A DNA stretch of 64,000 nt from Bdellovibrionales bacterium (GCA_005808505.1 SYLX01000099.1:12380-76379); one strand, 5' to 3'; counted from the first letter of the stretch, positions 18,412 through 27,430 are shown. A program made the numbers and translations. Notes: generated by a model not told the origin, from the sequence alone.

Positions 18412-19614
18412 ATGACAGCCCGCTCGTTTCTCACGCTTCTTACCGTAGCGATCGTCGCATACGGTTCACAGGTCAATGCTCACGGTCAAATCGAGCGCGC
18501 AGCGCTTGCGACCGATACCGAGGTTCAAGCTCTTCTCTCTTCCGAGGATCCTTATTCGGCCCTCAAAGCTCTGGTGAGCCACATCGATTTGCTCGATGAA
18601 GTTAAGACATCTGCACTCGCAGAGTTCGATGCGGGCCTCGATACCGATGTCGCCGCACGTGAGCGCGGTGAGATTCCACAACCTGCGTTTGCGAAAAACT
18701 CTTACCACCAACTTCTTGCGGTAAAAGTATTGGCTGAACACGACCGCGATCTCTTGATGAAATCGCTCGTAGCTGTAGAAGATCAATCGACCGAAGTTCA
18801 AGTGAAGTTCGTCGAGGCTTTCAAGTTGGTCATGAAAGAAACCTCGGGTCGCGCGGCTCAATATGAGACGTTGTACGCTGAACTCGCGGAGCTCGAAAAT
18901 TCGGAGATCGCGGATCTCGGCCGAGAGCTTTCTCGTGCGACATCACAAGAAGCTGTTGCCGCTGCTCCACGCTCGCTCCGCGAAAAGCAAGCCGTGCTGA
19001 AAGAAGTGAAGGCGCTAGTGCCGAGCGTTGTGGAAGAGATCGTAGAACCTCTCCTTGAGCAACACGCCATTGCTAACCGCAGCGCGGGAAGCTGGCAGCT
19101 CACGTTCGATGATGGACCGCATTCCACGCACACGCCGAAGATTTTGGCGAATCTTCGTGCCCACGGTCTAAAGGCAAAGTTCTTCTGGCTCGCACAGAAC
19201 GTACCGAGCCGCTCTGGTATTGTGAACAACGCTAATGCTCAAGGCATGACTTTGTGTAACCACTCTTACTCGCACCCTCAATTAACGAAGCTCGGTCAAG
19301 CCGGTCTCAAAAAGGAGATCGTCGATTCGACAACTCTTCTGACAAAGTATTACGGCTACCGCCCCAAGTGGTTCCGCTGCCCTTACGGTGCTTGCGGCAA
19401 AGCGGGCTCAGCGGTGCGGAAGATGATCGCGGCTGAGGGCATGACTCCGATGTTCTGGAACGTCGATAGTCTCGATTGGTCGGATAAAAGCCCGACGAGC
19501 ATTTACAAGCGCGTGAAGAAACAGATGGCATCCCAAGGGAGCGGCATCATCTTGTTCCACGACATTCACTCGCAGTCGGTCACCGCAAGCGAAATGGTCA
19601 TGCGCGATCTCTGA
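18412..19614 (+). CDS. polysaccharide/peptidoglycan deacetylase (NodB homology domain) with an N-terminal extension of about 220 aa
   Basis: LTFDDGPH, NHSYSHP, RCPYGA, WNVDSLDW and ILFHDIH are the canonical NodB motifs. Signal peptide at the N-terminus. Confidence 0.85.
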   Translation: MTARSFLTLLTVAIVAYGSQVNAHGQIERAALATDTEVQALLSSEDPYSALKALVSHIDLLDEVKTSALAEFDAGLDTDVAARERGEIPQPAFAKNSYHQLLAVKVLAEHDRDLLMKSLVAVEDQSTEVQVKFVEAFKLVMKETSGRAAQYETLYAELAELENSEIADLGRELSRATSQEAVAAAPRSLREKQAVLKEVKALVPSVVEEIVEPLLEQHAIANRSAGSWQLTFDDGPHSTHTPKILANLRAHGLKAKFFWLAQNVPSRSGIVNNANAQGMTLCNHSYSHPQLTKLGQAGLKKEIVDSTTLLTKYYGYRPKWFRCPYGACGKAGSAVRKMIAAEGMTPMFWNVDSLDWSDKSPTSIYKRVKKQMASQGSGIILFHDIHSQSVTASEMVMRDL

Positions 19615-19636
19615 GGTTAGGTACAAAAAGTGCGAT

Positions 19637-19667
19637 AAAAAGGGCTGGTCGACCAGCCCTTTTTTTT
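19637..19667. terminator. bidirectional rho-independent terminator
   Basis: AAAAA GGGCTGGTC GACCAGCCC TTTTTTTT between convergent genes. It overlaps the TAA stop of the minus-strand gene. Confidence 0.8.
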
Positions 19668-21387
19668 AGAGCGTTTGGAGGAAGCGGATCAAAGCGATCT
19701 TCTCGTCACCCGTGAAGATCTCTTTTCCATTCTTGAGGAAGATCCCCTCGTCATGACCTTCATTCGACATGCCCGCTCGGCTTGTATCATAACGATGTTC
19801 GTCGGTCTTCCAGCTCTGGGGAACACGCGTCCCGCTTGGATAGCCATTGCAGATCGAATCAAAGTCGCGCTCTTTATCATGAGCGTGGCCAGAGTAGTAA
19901 ACTTTCGGACGCTTCGCTGACCGAGTAAGTAGGGCGCAGAGACTCGGAACCGAGTTATTGTGAAAATACGGCCAACGGGCCCAAATGCCCACAAGGGGTG
20001 GCGGCACGTACCCTTTTTGCGCTTTGATCACGATCCCGTTCGCTTGCGAGATCGCGAGGTGATTGAGTTTCTCAAGCGACCTCATTCCGCGGTGGCGGTA
20101 CGGGTCGGTTCCGACATCGACCACAAAGGTTTTTACCGGAGGTCGCACCAAAGTTGTTTTCAGTTTATCAGCAGCGCTCAGAGATTGAGCCTCGGGTAAA
20201 TGCCACGCCTTCTCATAATGCCCATGGCAACCAGCACAAGATTGGACGAAGAGTTTTTCGCCCCGTTTTGCAGAATCGAGATCGATTTTTTCGGCAGGGA
20301 AGAAGTCCGTAAATCTCGGAGCTTCGGACGCAAAAACCGCGCTTGTCAGCTCATCGATGATTTTTGGATTTTCGGCGAGCCACGTTTCCAGAGACCGCAG
20401 ATCAGCTCCGCGTCCGACTTCGTTCCAGATGATGTTGGTGAAGATTGGATTTCCGCTGACAACGCTGCCATCGGAGAGCCACCGATTTTTGTATTTAACG
20501 TTCCACCACACAGCTGGTTTGGAATCGGCTGGATGCTCATCTAAGAACTCATCTTCACGAGGGAACGCTTGGGCCCACTCCGAAGGCGTTGCCCACGCAT
20601 CATCCTCTCGCATATTGAGCGAAAGTGCGACCTGCGCAAGCGACGTATCGAGCCCCAGAGTGATGGGTTGGATCGCTGCCACTTGGCGAAGGCTCTCGCG
20701 CGATGAACGGAGCAAAGCCATCTCAGCCGCATTCGCCTTCGTCCACTTTTTAAATAGCGGCATGTTTAAAGCGAGGAGAGCCGGCTTCATGTGAACGAAA
20801 AAATCATTTGCCCGCGGGAAGCGATTGCTCATTCCTAAAACGGTTTTTCCGAAGAGGTTTGAAGAATGGCAGGCCGCGCACGAGAAGGTGAAACCTTGCG
20901 CACCTCCGCGCTCGATCAAACCGAATCCCACCGGTGAGTCCGGTCTGACTCCATCCGGAAAAGGAACTTGGTAGACGCCTTCATCACTCGCCTGCGGGTA
21001 GGGATGAAGCCCGAGGTAAGTCAGAACTCCGCCGAAACTTTTAATGCCCACGAGCTTTCGGAAAATGGCTTCGAAGAGTTCCTTAAGAAAACCACCCTTG
21101 TTGACTTCAGTGAGCTTTTTGAAAGGTTCATAAGGAGGAAGGATGCCCGTCACGCTCACAGGGTAGATCTGCGCGTGCAACCGTCCAGCTTCAACGTTTT
21201 TAAAATAATCCGCTATCGGACTCTGCAGAATATTCGCCCGCCCGCCCGCGGGAACATCAACGCCTTCGCGCCATAATTCAGGTGGTAGATCTGCCTCCGC
21301 GCTCGAAGACAACAAGACGCTCGATGCAATGAGGCTCGAAAAAAGCAGCGTGGCTGCGGCTTTCCGGGAAAAGATAAACTTGTGCAT
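19666..21387 (-). CDS. di-haem cytochrome c, CCP/MauG-like
   Basis: I chose the start at ATG 21387 (MHKFIFSRKAAATLLFSSLIASSVLLSSSAEA). Two CXXCH motifs (CAACH, CAGCH), plus WPYFHNNSVPSL, which resembles the PYFH(D/N)GS motif of di-haem peroxidases. Confidence 0.65.
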   Translation of the reverse strand: MHKFIFSRKAAATLLFSSLIASSVLLSSSAEADLPPELWREGVDVPAGGRANILQSPIADYFKNVEAGRLHAQIYPVSVTGILPPYEPFKKLTEVNKGGFLKELFEAIFRKLVGIKSFGGVLTYLGLHPYPQASDEGVYQVPFPDGVRPDSPVGFGLIERGGAQGFTFSCAACHSSNLFGKTVLGMSNRFPRANDFFVHMKPALLALNMPLFKKWTKANAAEMALLRSSRESLRQVAAIQPITLGLDTSLAQVALSLNMREDDAWATPSEWAQAFPREDEFLDEHPADSKPAVWWNVKYKNRWLSDGSVVSGNPIFTNIIWNEVGRGADLRSLETWLAENPKIIDELTSAVFASEAPRFTDFFPAEKIDLDSAKRGEKLFVQSCAGCHGHYEKAWHLPEAQSLSAADKLKTTLVRPPVKTFVVDVGTDPYRHRGMRSLEKLNHLAISQANGIVIKAQKGYVPPPLVGIWARWPYFHNNSVPSLCALLTRSAKRPKVYYSGHAHDKERDFDSICNGYPSGTRVPQSWKTDEHRYDTSRAGMSNEGHDEGIFLKNGKEIFTGDEKIALIRFLQTL

Positions 21388-21611
21388 GGAAAAACCATAG
21401 CCACTGCGTGTGGCTAAGACAAGGCAGCAGTTCATCAACTGCGTGCGTTGTAACATAATGCGAATTGCCGGAAAAGTAGGACCAAGCCGCGCCCTACGAA
21501 GTTCAAGTCAAAGGCGGCCCAAGTGAGGATGAACGAGACACTCAAGCAGCGCAGCATCACTCTTCGGCCGCACTAGGCTTGGAGTTCAAAAGGCAAAGGA
21601 GTCGTCAAAAT

Positions 21612-21640
21612 AAAAAAAGGCGCCGAAGAATCGGCGCCTT
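21612..21640 (-). terminator. rho-independent terminator for the gene ending at 21668
   Basis: AGGCGCCGA agaa TCGGCGCCT. On the minus strand it is followed by TTTTTTTA. Confidence 0.75.
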
Positions 21641-21667
21641 ACTTAGCTCAGAACATGGCAGCTAGAA

Positions 21668-24616
21668 TCAGTCACCCTCTTCGCCGAAATGACCACCACC
21701 TGCATCGTTGACGTTGATGAGGTAGAGGACAGAGTCGAGCTCTTCTTCCATCGGTGAGCCGAGACGGTCCCAAGCTTTCTCGCTGTCTGCGAGATGGCTC
21801 TTACCGAATGAAGTTTCGTCAAACCAGTGCTTGTCGAAGTTGACCGGCTCGTTCTTCAAGACACTCGCCGCATTGTAAACGTTCTCGGGCTTGATACGGA
21901 AGACGAACATCCAGCGCTTCAGACCATCCGGAGGACACTGGACTGTTGTTCCGCAAGAAGTGAAGTTATCCGACTCGCTCATTTCGTAGCTTGAAGCAAC
22001 AAACGGAGAGTAAGCTTGGTCTTTGATCGTTCCGTTTTTGTCGTTATAGCCCGAGTTGTACCAATCCGTGTGGCGATCTACCGCATCTTGCAGACGGCGG
22101 TAAGTCGTATACTGATCAGCCGAAGGCGTGCCGAGACCTAAGAGAGCGTTGAAGCCTAAGTCAGGCGTATTCCACGCACCAGGAATCTGGAGCCACTTCG
22201 TGTCGAACTCGAACAGATCATTTGTCGACTCTTTCTCGAACGTGAAGCCGAGCGGGGCAAGTTCAGGGAAACGGTGCGGATAAATCGCAACCATTTGACC
22301 TTGAGCTGCAAACTTCTCGGCATGTCGATCGTCACGGAACATCCAAGTCGCAAGACCTGCACGAGCCGCGTTGTAACGATAGTGGAACGGACGCGAGAAA
22401 TACTTTTTGCAATCCTCATCGGTGTAGCCGTTTTGATTCGGCTTCGCTTGAGTCGGCGATGCACATGCGCGAGCAAGGCTCGTTGAGTACCAGATCATGC
22501 CGTTGGACTCAGGCGAGTAGTGCTTAAAGTTCGAGTCGCCGCGGAAGTTATAGTAGTCTTTGCGATCGGCTTGCGAGCAGCCTTCGCGGTAAGTCTTGTA
22601 ACCTTCGTAGTAGGCTTTGAAGTCGTCGAACGTCTTCTCTTTCCCTACGTACTCCGACATCATGTACTTCGTTTCGCACACGGTAAAGCCGAGAACTGGG
22701 TTGTCGACTTGAGTGTCCGAGCCGATCGTCACGTAGCGGGGAGCTGCTTCACGCTTGGCTTCCCAGACTGATTCCGAGAGACGCAAGTAAGGATCGTAAG
22801 CCGTAGCCGGGATCTGCGCCCAAACGTTTTTCTTCACGTCGATCGTGAACGTTTGAGACTGGCTCGCAGGCAGAATGAAGATGTTATTTGCCCACTTGAG
22901 CTTTGCTTCAATCATTGTCGCGCGGTCACGGAATTCACCGCAAAGTTGCGTGAGGAATGTGTGTGCGTCCGAAACCGTTCCTTTTGGAGCTTCCGCCGGA
23001 ACCTTGCTGCGATAGATCTTCGCAACGGGCGAATAGAAGTAGAAGTGCTCAGCTTTTTTGCTCGAAGGAGTTTCCGTTGCCACCAAAGATTTGAGAGTAC
23101 TGACGTTGTCGGCTTGATCCGCGAGGGCCGAAAGCTGATCAACGAGCTTTTGCGTTTCGGGCTGGAGAGCTGCTTTTACTTCGCTCAAGTTGTAGCGGAA
23201 GTTGCTAAGCCCGCTCAAAATCTCCTCTTGAGTTGCGCCTTGCTTCACCATGAGTTCTTGAAGTGACTTACCTGAAGCGATAACCGTCGCCGTATCGGCT
23301 TTAGCGGTCTCTTTCTCCATTTGAGCGTAAAGATCCTTCAGAGGCTTATTGGCTGGGAATTCAAGCAGTGAGCGGATGCGCCATGAAAGTGATTGCGCGT
23401 AGCTGAGGGCATTTGGTTTGTTGCCGGCTTGCAAATGGGTAACGATTTGGTCGACGGCCGACATCACTTCGGTCGATGACTGTCTTGCCGTTTCCGTTAC
23501 GAGAATGCTCAAAGCTGAGGCTGACTTCGCGCTCAAGCTCGAATTTCCTTTGAGAAGTTCAACCATCGAACTGAGCGAGTAGAGAACTTCTTGCTCGCTA
23601 TCGACGCCAGGGCTTTTCTTCATGGCGGCGATGGCATCGTTCATTTGTTTTAAGTAAGCTGCGCCGTTTTCAGATTGCCCGTTGAAGTATTGCTTTTTGA
23701 GAGCCGTGAAGGCTTGCGCAGCCGTCGGAGGTACCGCAACTTTGGCTTCGATGGCGTAAGTATTCCAGCTCCAAATCACGTCTGAAGCGTAGATAACCAC
23801 ATCGCCAGGCTTCGCGTTCGGGTTCTTCTCCATCGTCTCTTTGAGTTGCTTGAGTTGTTGCTTTAAGTAATCTCCGTCTTCAACCTTCATTGTTCCCATC
23901 GCGGCAAGAAGGACGGCCGCGCTCTGAGAGACTACTTGGTTGTCGACCTGACCGAACTCCTGGGCTAATGAAGCGGAAAGGGTTTCAGCAGCCTGCGCGA
24001 TTGCATTGAAGTCGACGCCTTTGAAGTGGATCTTCATATGCGCTTGCATCGCCTTAGCGATCGAAAGAAGTTTGTTGTAATCGACATCCGTTAGTTCGTT
24101 GGGAAGATTCGTGATGAGCGGGTTTGCGATGCTGCCGACCGAGCTAACGATCGCGCTGCTCATTTGCTCAGAAAGTGCTTTCGACTCTTTCGAAAATCCA
24201 GTTTGCGAAGTTGCTTTCGCAACCTCCTGCGCGATTTGTTGCGCGAGTGCTTTCACTTGAGGATGAGTCGAAGTCAGCAGAACCTGAGTGCTGGATTTCG
24301 CGTTTTCCACGACGGAGTCGAACTCTTCGAGCGCTTTTTTTACGAGTTGAGAGCTCGCTTCCGTTTGTGTTGAGGAGAGCTTCTGAGCCGCTCCCTTAAC
24401 CAGTGGATTTGAGTAATTAGGTTGCGGAACTTCGGGCGAGCTCGCATCGCCAACACAGTAATTGTTGAAGAGAGCTTTGTTTTCAGCTTCGTTCAACGTC
24501 GACGTTTGATAAGGTTGTGATTTGAGCGTCGTGATCATGGAGTCGACCGTGGTAGCCTGTGCGCTAAGTGGCATCAGGATCGCGAGTCCGCCCCGAAGAA
24601 CGAATCTGAAGTTCAT
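21668..24616 (-). CDS. large hypothetical secreted protein (982 aa)
   Basis: I chose the start at ATG 24616 (MNFRFVLRGGLAILMPLSAQA). The N-terminal half is Ala/Gln/Ser/Lys-rich and looks helical. The C-terminal half is rich in Trp/Tyr/Cys. No family recognised. Confidence 0.7.
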   Translation of the reverse strand: MNFRFVLRGGLAILMPLSAQATTVDSMITTLKSQPYQTSTLNEAENKALFNNYCVGDASSPEVPQPNYSNPLVKGAAQKLSSTQTEASSQLVKKALEEFDSVVENAKSSTQVLLTSTHPQVKALAQQIAQEVAKATSQTGFSKESKALSEQMSSAIVSSVGSIANPLITNLPNELTDVDYNKLLSIAKAMQAHMKIHFKGVDFNAIAQAAETLSASLAQEFGQVDNQVVSQSAAVLLAAMGTMKVEDGDYLKQQLKQLKETMEKNPNAKPGDVVIYASDVIWSWNTYAIEAKVAVPPTAAQAFTALKKQYFNGQSENGAAYLKQMNDAIAAMKKSPGVDSEQEVLYSLSSMVELLKGNSSLSAKSASALSILVTETARQSSTEVMSAVDQIVTHLQAGNKPNALSYAQSLSWRIRSLLEFPANKPLKDLYAQMEKETAKADTATVIASGKSLQELMVKQGATQEEILSGLSNFRYNLSEVKAALQPETQKLVDQLSALADQADNVSTLKSLVATETPSSKKAEHFYFYSPVAKIYRSKVPAEAPKGTVSDAHTFLTQLCGEFRDRATMIEAKLKWANNIFILPASQSQTFTIDVKKNVWAQIPATAYDPYLRLSESVWEAKREAAPRYVTIGSDTQVDNPVLGFTVCETKYMMSEYVGKEKTFDDFKAYYEGYKTYREGCSQADRKDYYNFRGDSNFKHYSPESNGMIWYSTSLARACASPTQAKPNQNGYTDEDCKKYFSRPFHYRYNAARAGLATWMFRDDRHAEKFAAQGQMVAIYPHRFPELAPLGFTFEKESTNDLFEFDTKWLQIPGAWNTPDLGFNALLGLGTPSADQYTTYRRLQDAVDRHTDWYNSGYNDKNGTIKDQAYSPFVASSYEMSESDNFTSCGTTVQCPPDGLKRWMFVFRIKPENVYNAASVLKNEPVNFDKHWFDETSFGKSHLADSEKAWDRLGSPMEEELDSVLYLINVNDAGGGHFGEEGD

Positions 24617-25062
24617 AAATCTTCCCGTCACGCCCGGAGACCGGGCTTAAATTGTAAATTGAAGTCTAAGGCGCACGTCGCCCCGACCGTACGAGAGGCT
24701 TAAGAGCAAGGTTTCGGCCTGGCTGGATTGTCTGCCGTAGCAAAAGTGATTTGTAACTTTTAGCCACGGGCTTACAAATTGCGGCACTGACGGAACTCAC
24801 AGACGATGAAATCGTCAAAAAGTTCGACAGCGTCGGGACGCGGTACCTTCATAGGAATATACACACGGCTACCACATACACTTAAATTGTTTGCTCCGCG
24901 CGAAGGAGTAAGCTCGAATTTCAAACGGATGTTCTGGGAACGAGCGCCGCACATCTCAAGTTCGATTTTACCGTCGGCCAAAGATGCGAGTCGAACGCGG
25001 GCCTAAGAAACGCCAAAGAAAAAATAGACAACAAAAACCGTTTAAACGAAGAGAGGTTCATC

Positions 25063-25308
25063 ATGAAGGTCGCATCAAATATCATCTTAGCAATGGCAAT
25101 GAGCATTTCGGCTTCAGTATTTGCCGCTGATTCGACTGATTCGAAAGCTTGTGCTGAGAAAGCAGCAACCGAAGTCTCCTTCCTTCAGGCTGAAAAAATG
25201 CTTCGTCCGGATCCGGCTCAATGCTACCTCGAGTGTAAGCCAACAAGTGGAGGCGGCGACGGCGATGACTTCACAAGCTGTTTCAATGAATGCATGAGTC
25301 GTCCTTGA
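25063..25308 (+). CDS. small secreted Cys-rich protein (twin CX3C)
   Basis: 81-aa ORF with GAGAGG 7 nt upstream of the ATG. Signal peptide MKVASNIILAMAMSISASVFA. C54-x3-C58, then 14 residues, then C73-x3-C77. Confidence 0.55.
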   Translation: MKVASNIILAMAMSISASVFAADSTDSKACAEKAATEVSFLQAEKMLRPDPAQCYLECKPTSGGGDGDDFTSCFNECMSRP

Positions 25309-25358
25309 TCGGACGTGAAAGTCGCGTCGGAGAGCAGCGCAATGCTCTCCGGAGCGAA

Positions 25359-26279
25359 TCAACGAAGGGCGCGGTACTGGAGCGTGAGGCTCACGGATCG
25401 ACTTAGGACAGTCGTCAACGGAGCTCCGAGTAGGCTCTGATCAGCGTAATTGATCGAGGTCGTCCAGTCCGGAGTGATCAACCATCCTAGGCTCAATGCC
25501 AAGCTACTATATCGCTGGGGAGTCGGCTGCGTCGTCACTCGGCCGTCAGTTTCGATGCCGTCTTCGTAAAGGGACGTGAGCGTTACACCTAAGCGGTAAG
25601 CTGAATAGTTCCAGCCCCCACCGAGACTCAAGCTTCCGCCGAACTTAGGTTGAGTCTGTAGATCACCCTCTGGAGTCGAAAAGGTCCGAGGTAGTCCGCG
25701 ATGAACTTCGGGCGAAACGAAGACATCCCATCGAGGCGCGAAGACTTTCATGAAAATCGCGCCGAATCCTAAATTGAAGTGACCTTGTCCTGCTACGTCC
25801 AGAGCCAACGGGTCTTCTGCTTCGTAAATGGACCGGCCGGTGGGCAGGAGAAGTTGGGCAAAGAAGAGTGTTTTCGGCCGAAGAAGCGATTCGCCATCTT
25901 CGAACCACGGCTCGTAGGCGGCGCTCAGCGATATGTCACCGAGATTTACATGGCTCTGGGAGTCGCCACTAACGATTCGCGAACGACGGGACGTTTGCGC
26001 ACTGAAATTGACCTGCCATCGGTCGGACACTGAAATCGCCGAATCAAGCCGCAACGTCTGTTGGAGTTCGTCATCTGTTCGGCGAACCCATTTTCCCGAC
26101 GCAAGCACATCACTTATGGGCCGGGAGACGAGATAGGTCGCCGTGAGTTGCGCGGCTTCATCCGTAAGGATGAAGGCGGGAAGCGAAAAGCTTCCGCCAC
26201 AACAGGCTGAGGCTTGAGCCAAGCTTGCGCTTAAAACGAAAGCAGCTTGGAGGATCACTTGCGAACTCGAAAGCCGCAT
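25359..26279 (-). CDS. putative outer-membrane beta-barrel protein with SACCGG at the mature N-terminus
   Basis: Signal peptide ...SASLAQA followed by SACCGG. Repeated amphipathic beta-strand-like segments (SLSLGGGWNYS, YRLGVTLTSLY, LALSLGWLI, SVSLTLQY). The start overlaps the upstream stop by 1 nt (TGATG). The family was not recognised with confidence. Confidence 0.55.
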   Translation of the reverse strand: MRLSSSQVILQAAFVLSASLAQASACCGGSFSLPAFILTDEAAQLTATYLVSRPISDVLASGKWVRRTDDELQQTLRLDSAISVSDRWQVNFSAQTSRRSRIVSGDSQSHVNLGDISLSAAYEPWFEDGESLLRPKTLFFAQLLLPTGRSIYEAEDPLALDVAGQGHFNLGFGAIFMKVFAPRWDVFVSPEVHRGLPRTFSTPEGDLQTQPKFGGSLSLGGGWNYSAYRLGVTLTSLYEDGIETDGRVTTQPTPQRYSSLALSLGWLITPDWTTSINYADQSLLGAPLTTVLSRSVSLTLQYRALR

Positions 26280-26797
26280 CAGGGCACCAAGAGATACAGT
26301 GCGGCCCGCTCTTTTTCGGCGCCTGATCCAATCGTGACTCGGACTGACCAGTCTCCCGCCATGATGAACATGACGCGAGTGATGTCGTAATTCGAAGTTT
26401 TGGTATTCTCGGCGATTTCAACCGGCGCGCTTCCGTGCCCCATTGAGTCCATCCAGAGTTCTACGGCAAGGGCGTCATCGATTTTCACGTTCGCGCTAGC
26501 GGGTCCATTCGCTTCTTTCCAGAACGAAAGAGTAAAAGGTGAATCTACGTTTTTCGCAGGGGCTTTCTTCCAGACTAAGCTTGCGCAAAGGCCATGTGCG
26601 GGAAAGCGCAGATCGCAAGAACGTGCCTCAGGTTTGGCATCTTCCGTGTCGGTCACGGTGCCTTGAAGATCTACGTAATCAGCTTTCGCGCAACCCGTGG
26701 GAAGCTGAAGAGCCAAGAGGAGGGCCGCGTAACTGAGTGCGAGTCTGATCATCTGCGTTCTACCTTTCGTTAGCAGTCTGCATTTAACATTTAACAT
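26279..26797 (-). CDS. YtkA/FixH-like periplasmic lipoprotein
   Basis: LALQLPTGC is lipobox-like. LWMDSMGHGSAPV...YDITRVMFIMAGDWSVRVTI resembles the YtkA-like domain. The start may instead be ATG 26752 (MIRLALSYAALLLALQLPTGC). Confidence 0.6.
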   Translation of the reverse strand: MLNVKCRLLTKGRTQMIRLALSYAALLLALQLPTGCAKADYVDLQGTVTDTEDAKPEARSCDLRFPAHGLCASLVWKKAPAKNVDSPFTLSFWKEANGPASANVKIDDALAVELWMDSMGHGSAPVEIAENTKTSNYDITRVMFIMAGDWSVRVTIGSGAEKERAALYLLVP

Positions 26798-27364
26798 TTA
26801 GGAACCAATGTAACATCCGAGTGTGTGACCCTGCGGAGTCGCAACGGTGCGACCGTCTTTCAAATCTTCGAGCGCCGCGCGTAAGTATTCTATGCCTGCG
26901 CGATCGGGACGGTGGCTGTCCGTAACTCCGCCGAAATACTCTCTTCGTGGGCCGCGAAGAACTACTACAGTAGGCGTCTTTAGAACTTTGAATTTGCGTC
27001 TCAGTTCTCCGTGCCGATCGTGGAGCACCGGAAAATTTAAATTCGCAGAATTGAAATGAGCGCGCACCTTCGGAAGAGTTTCATTTGAGCCCGAGTAGAT
27101 GGCGGAGAACTTGGCGAAAGAATATTCAGCTCGCAGTTTTTCTAGGTACGGTTCATGCGCAACTGAAGCCGGGCAATCGGGAGAGAGAAAGAGAATTACG
27201 CTTAAACCTGATTCCGAATTCACAGACAAACGATGAGTTGAAGCAGCCTTACTCGAGAGGAGCGCGGGAAGTTCCGAGTTAAACGAGAAGCTTTCCGCTG
27301 CGAGCATCGCATTCGGAACAACAGATATGCAAATGAGGCAGGCACAAAAGACGATCGCCCTCAA
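26798..27364 (-). CDS. thioredoxin-fold (redoxin/TlpA-like) protein with a CPAS active-site variant
   Basis: Signal peptide at the N-terminus. VILFLSPDCPAS sits at the position of the CxxC motif. The C-terminal region ...YFGGVTDSH...YLRAALEDLKDGRTV...GC.I resembles a redoxin subfamily I remember from Planctomycetes. Confidence 0.65.
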   Translation of the reverse strand: MRAIVFCACLICISVVPNAMLAAESFSFNSELPALLSSKAASTHRLSVNSESGLSVILFLSPDCPASVAHEPYLEKLRAEYSFAKFSAIYSGSNETLPKVRAHFNSANLNFPVLHDRHGELRRKFKVLKTPTVVVLRGPRREYFGGVTDSHRPDRAGIEYLRAALEDLKDGRTVATPQGHTLGCYIGS

Positions 27365-27430
27365 AACTTTGCTCCAGCAGGTTAAGAGGGCGAGAGATTA
27401 GCTGATTGACACGAGAATGGGAAGCGAGCT

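Noticed and set aside
24772-24981. 69-aa minus-strand ORF (MADGKIELEMCGARSQ...) in the 430-bp gap upstream of the 982-aa gene.
   Set aside because: It starts with TTG and has no Shine-Dalgarno. An in-frame stop lies 7 codons upstream. No motif is recognised. The composition is protein-like, so it is not impossible, but I cannot support it.
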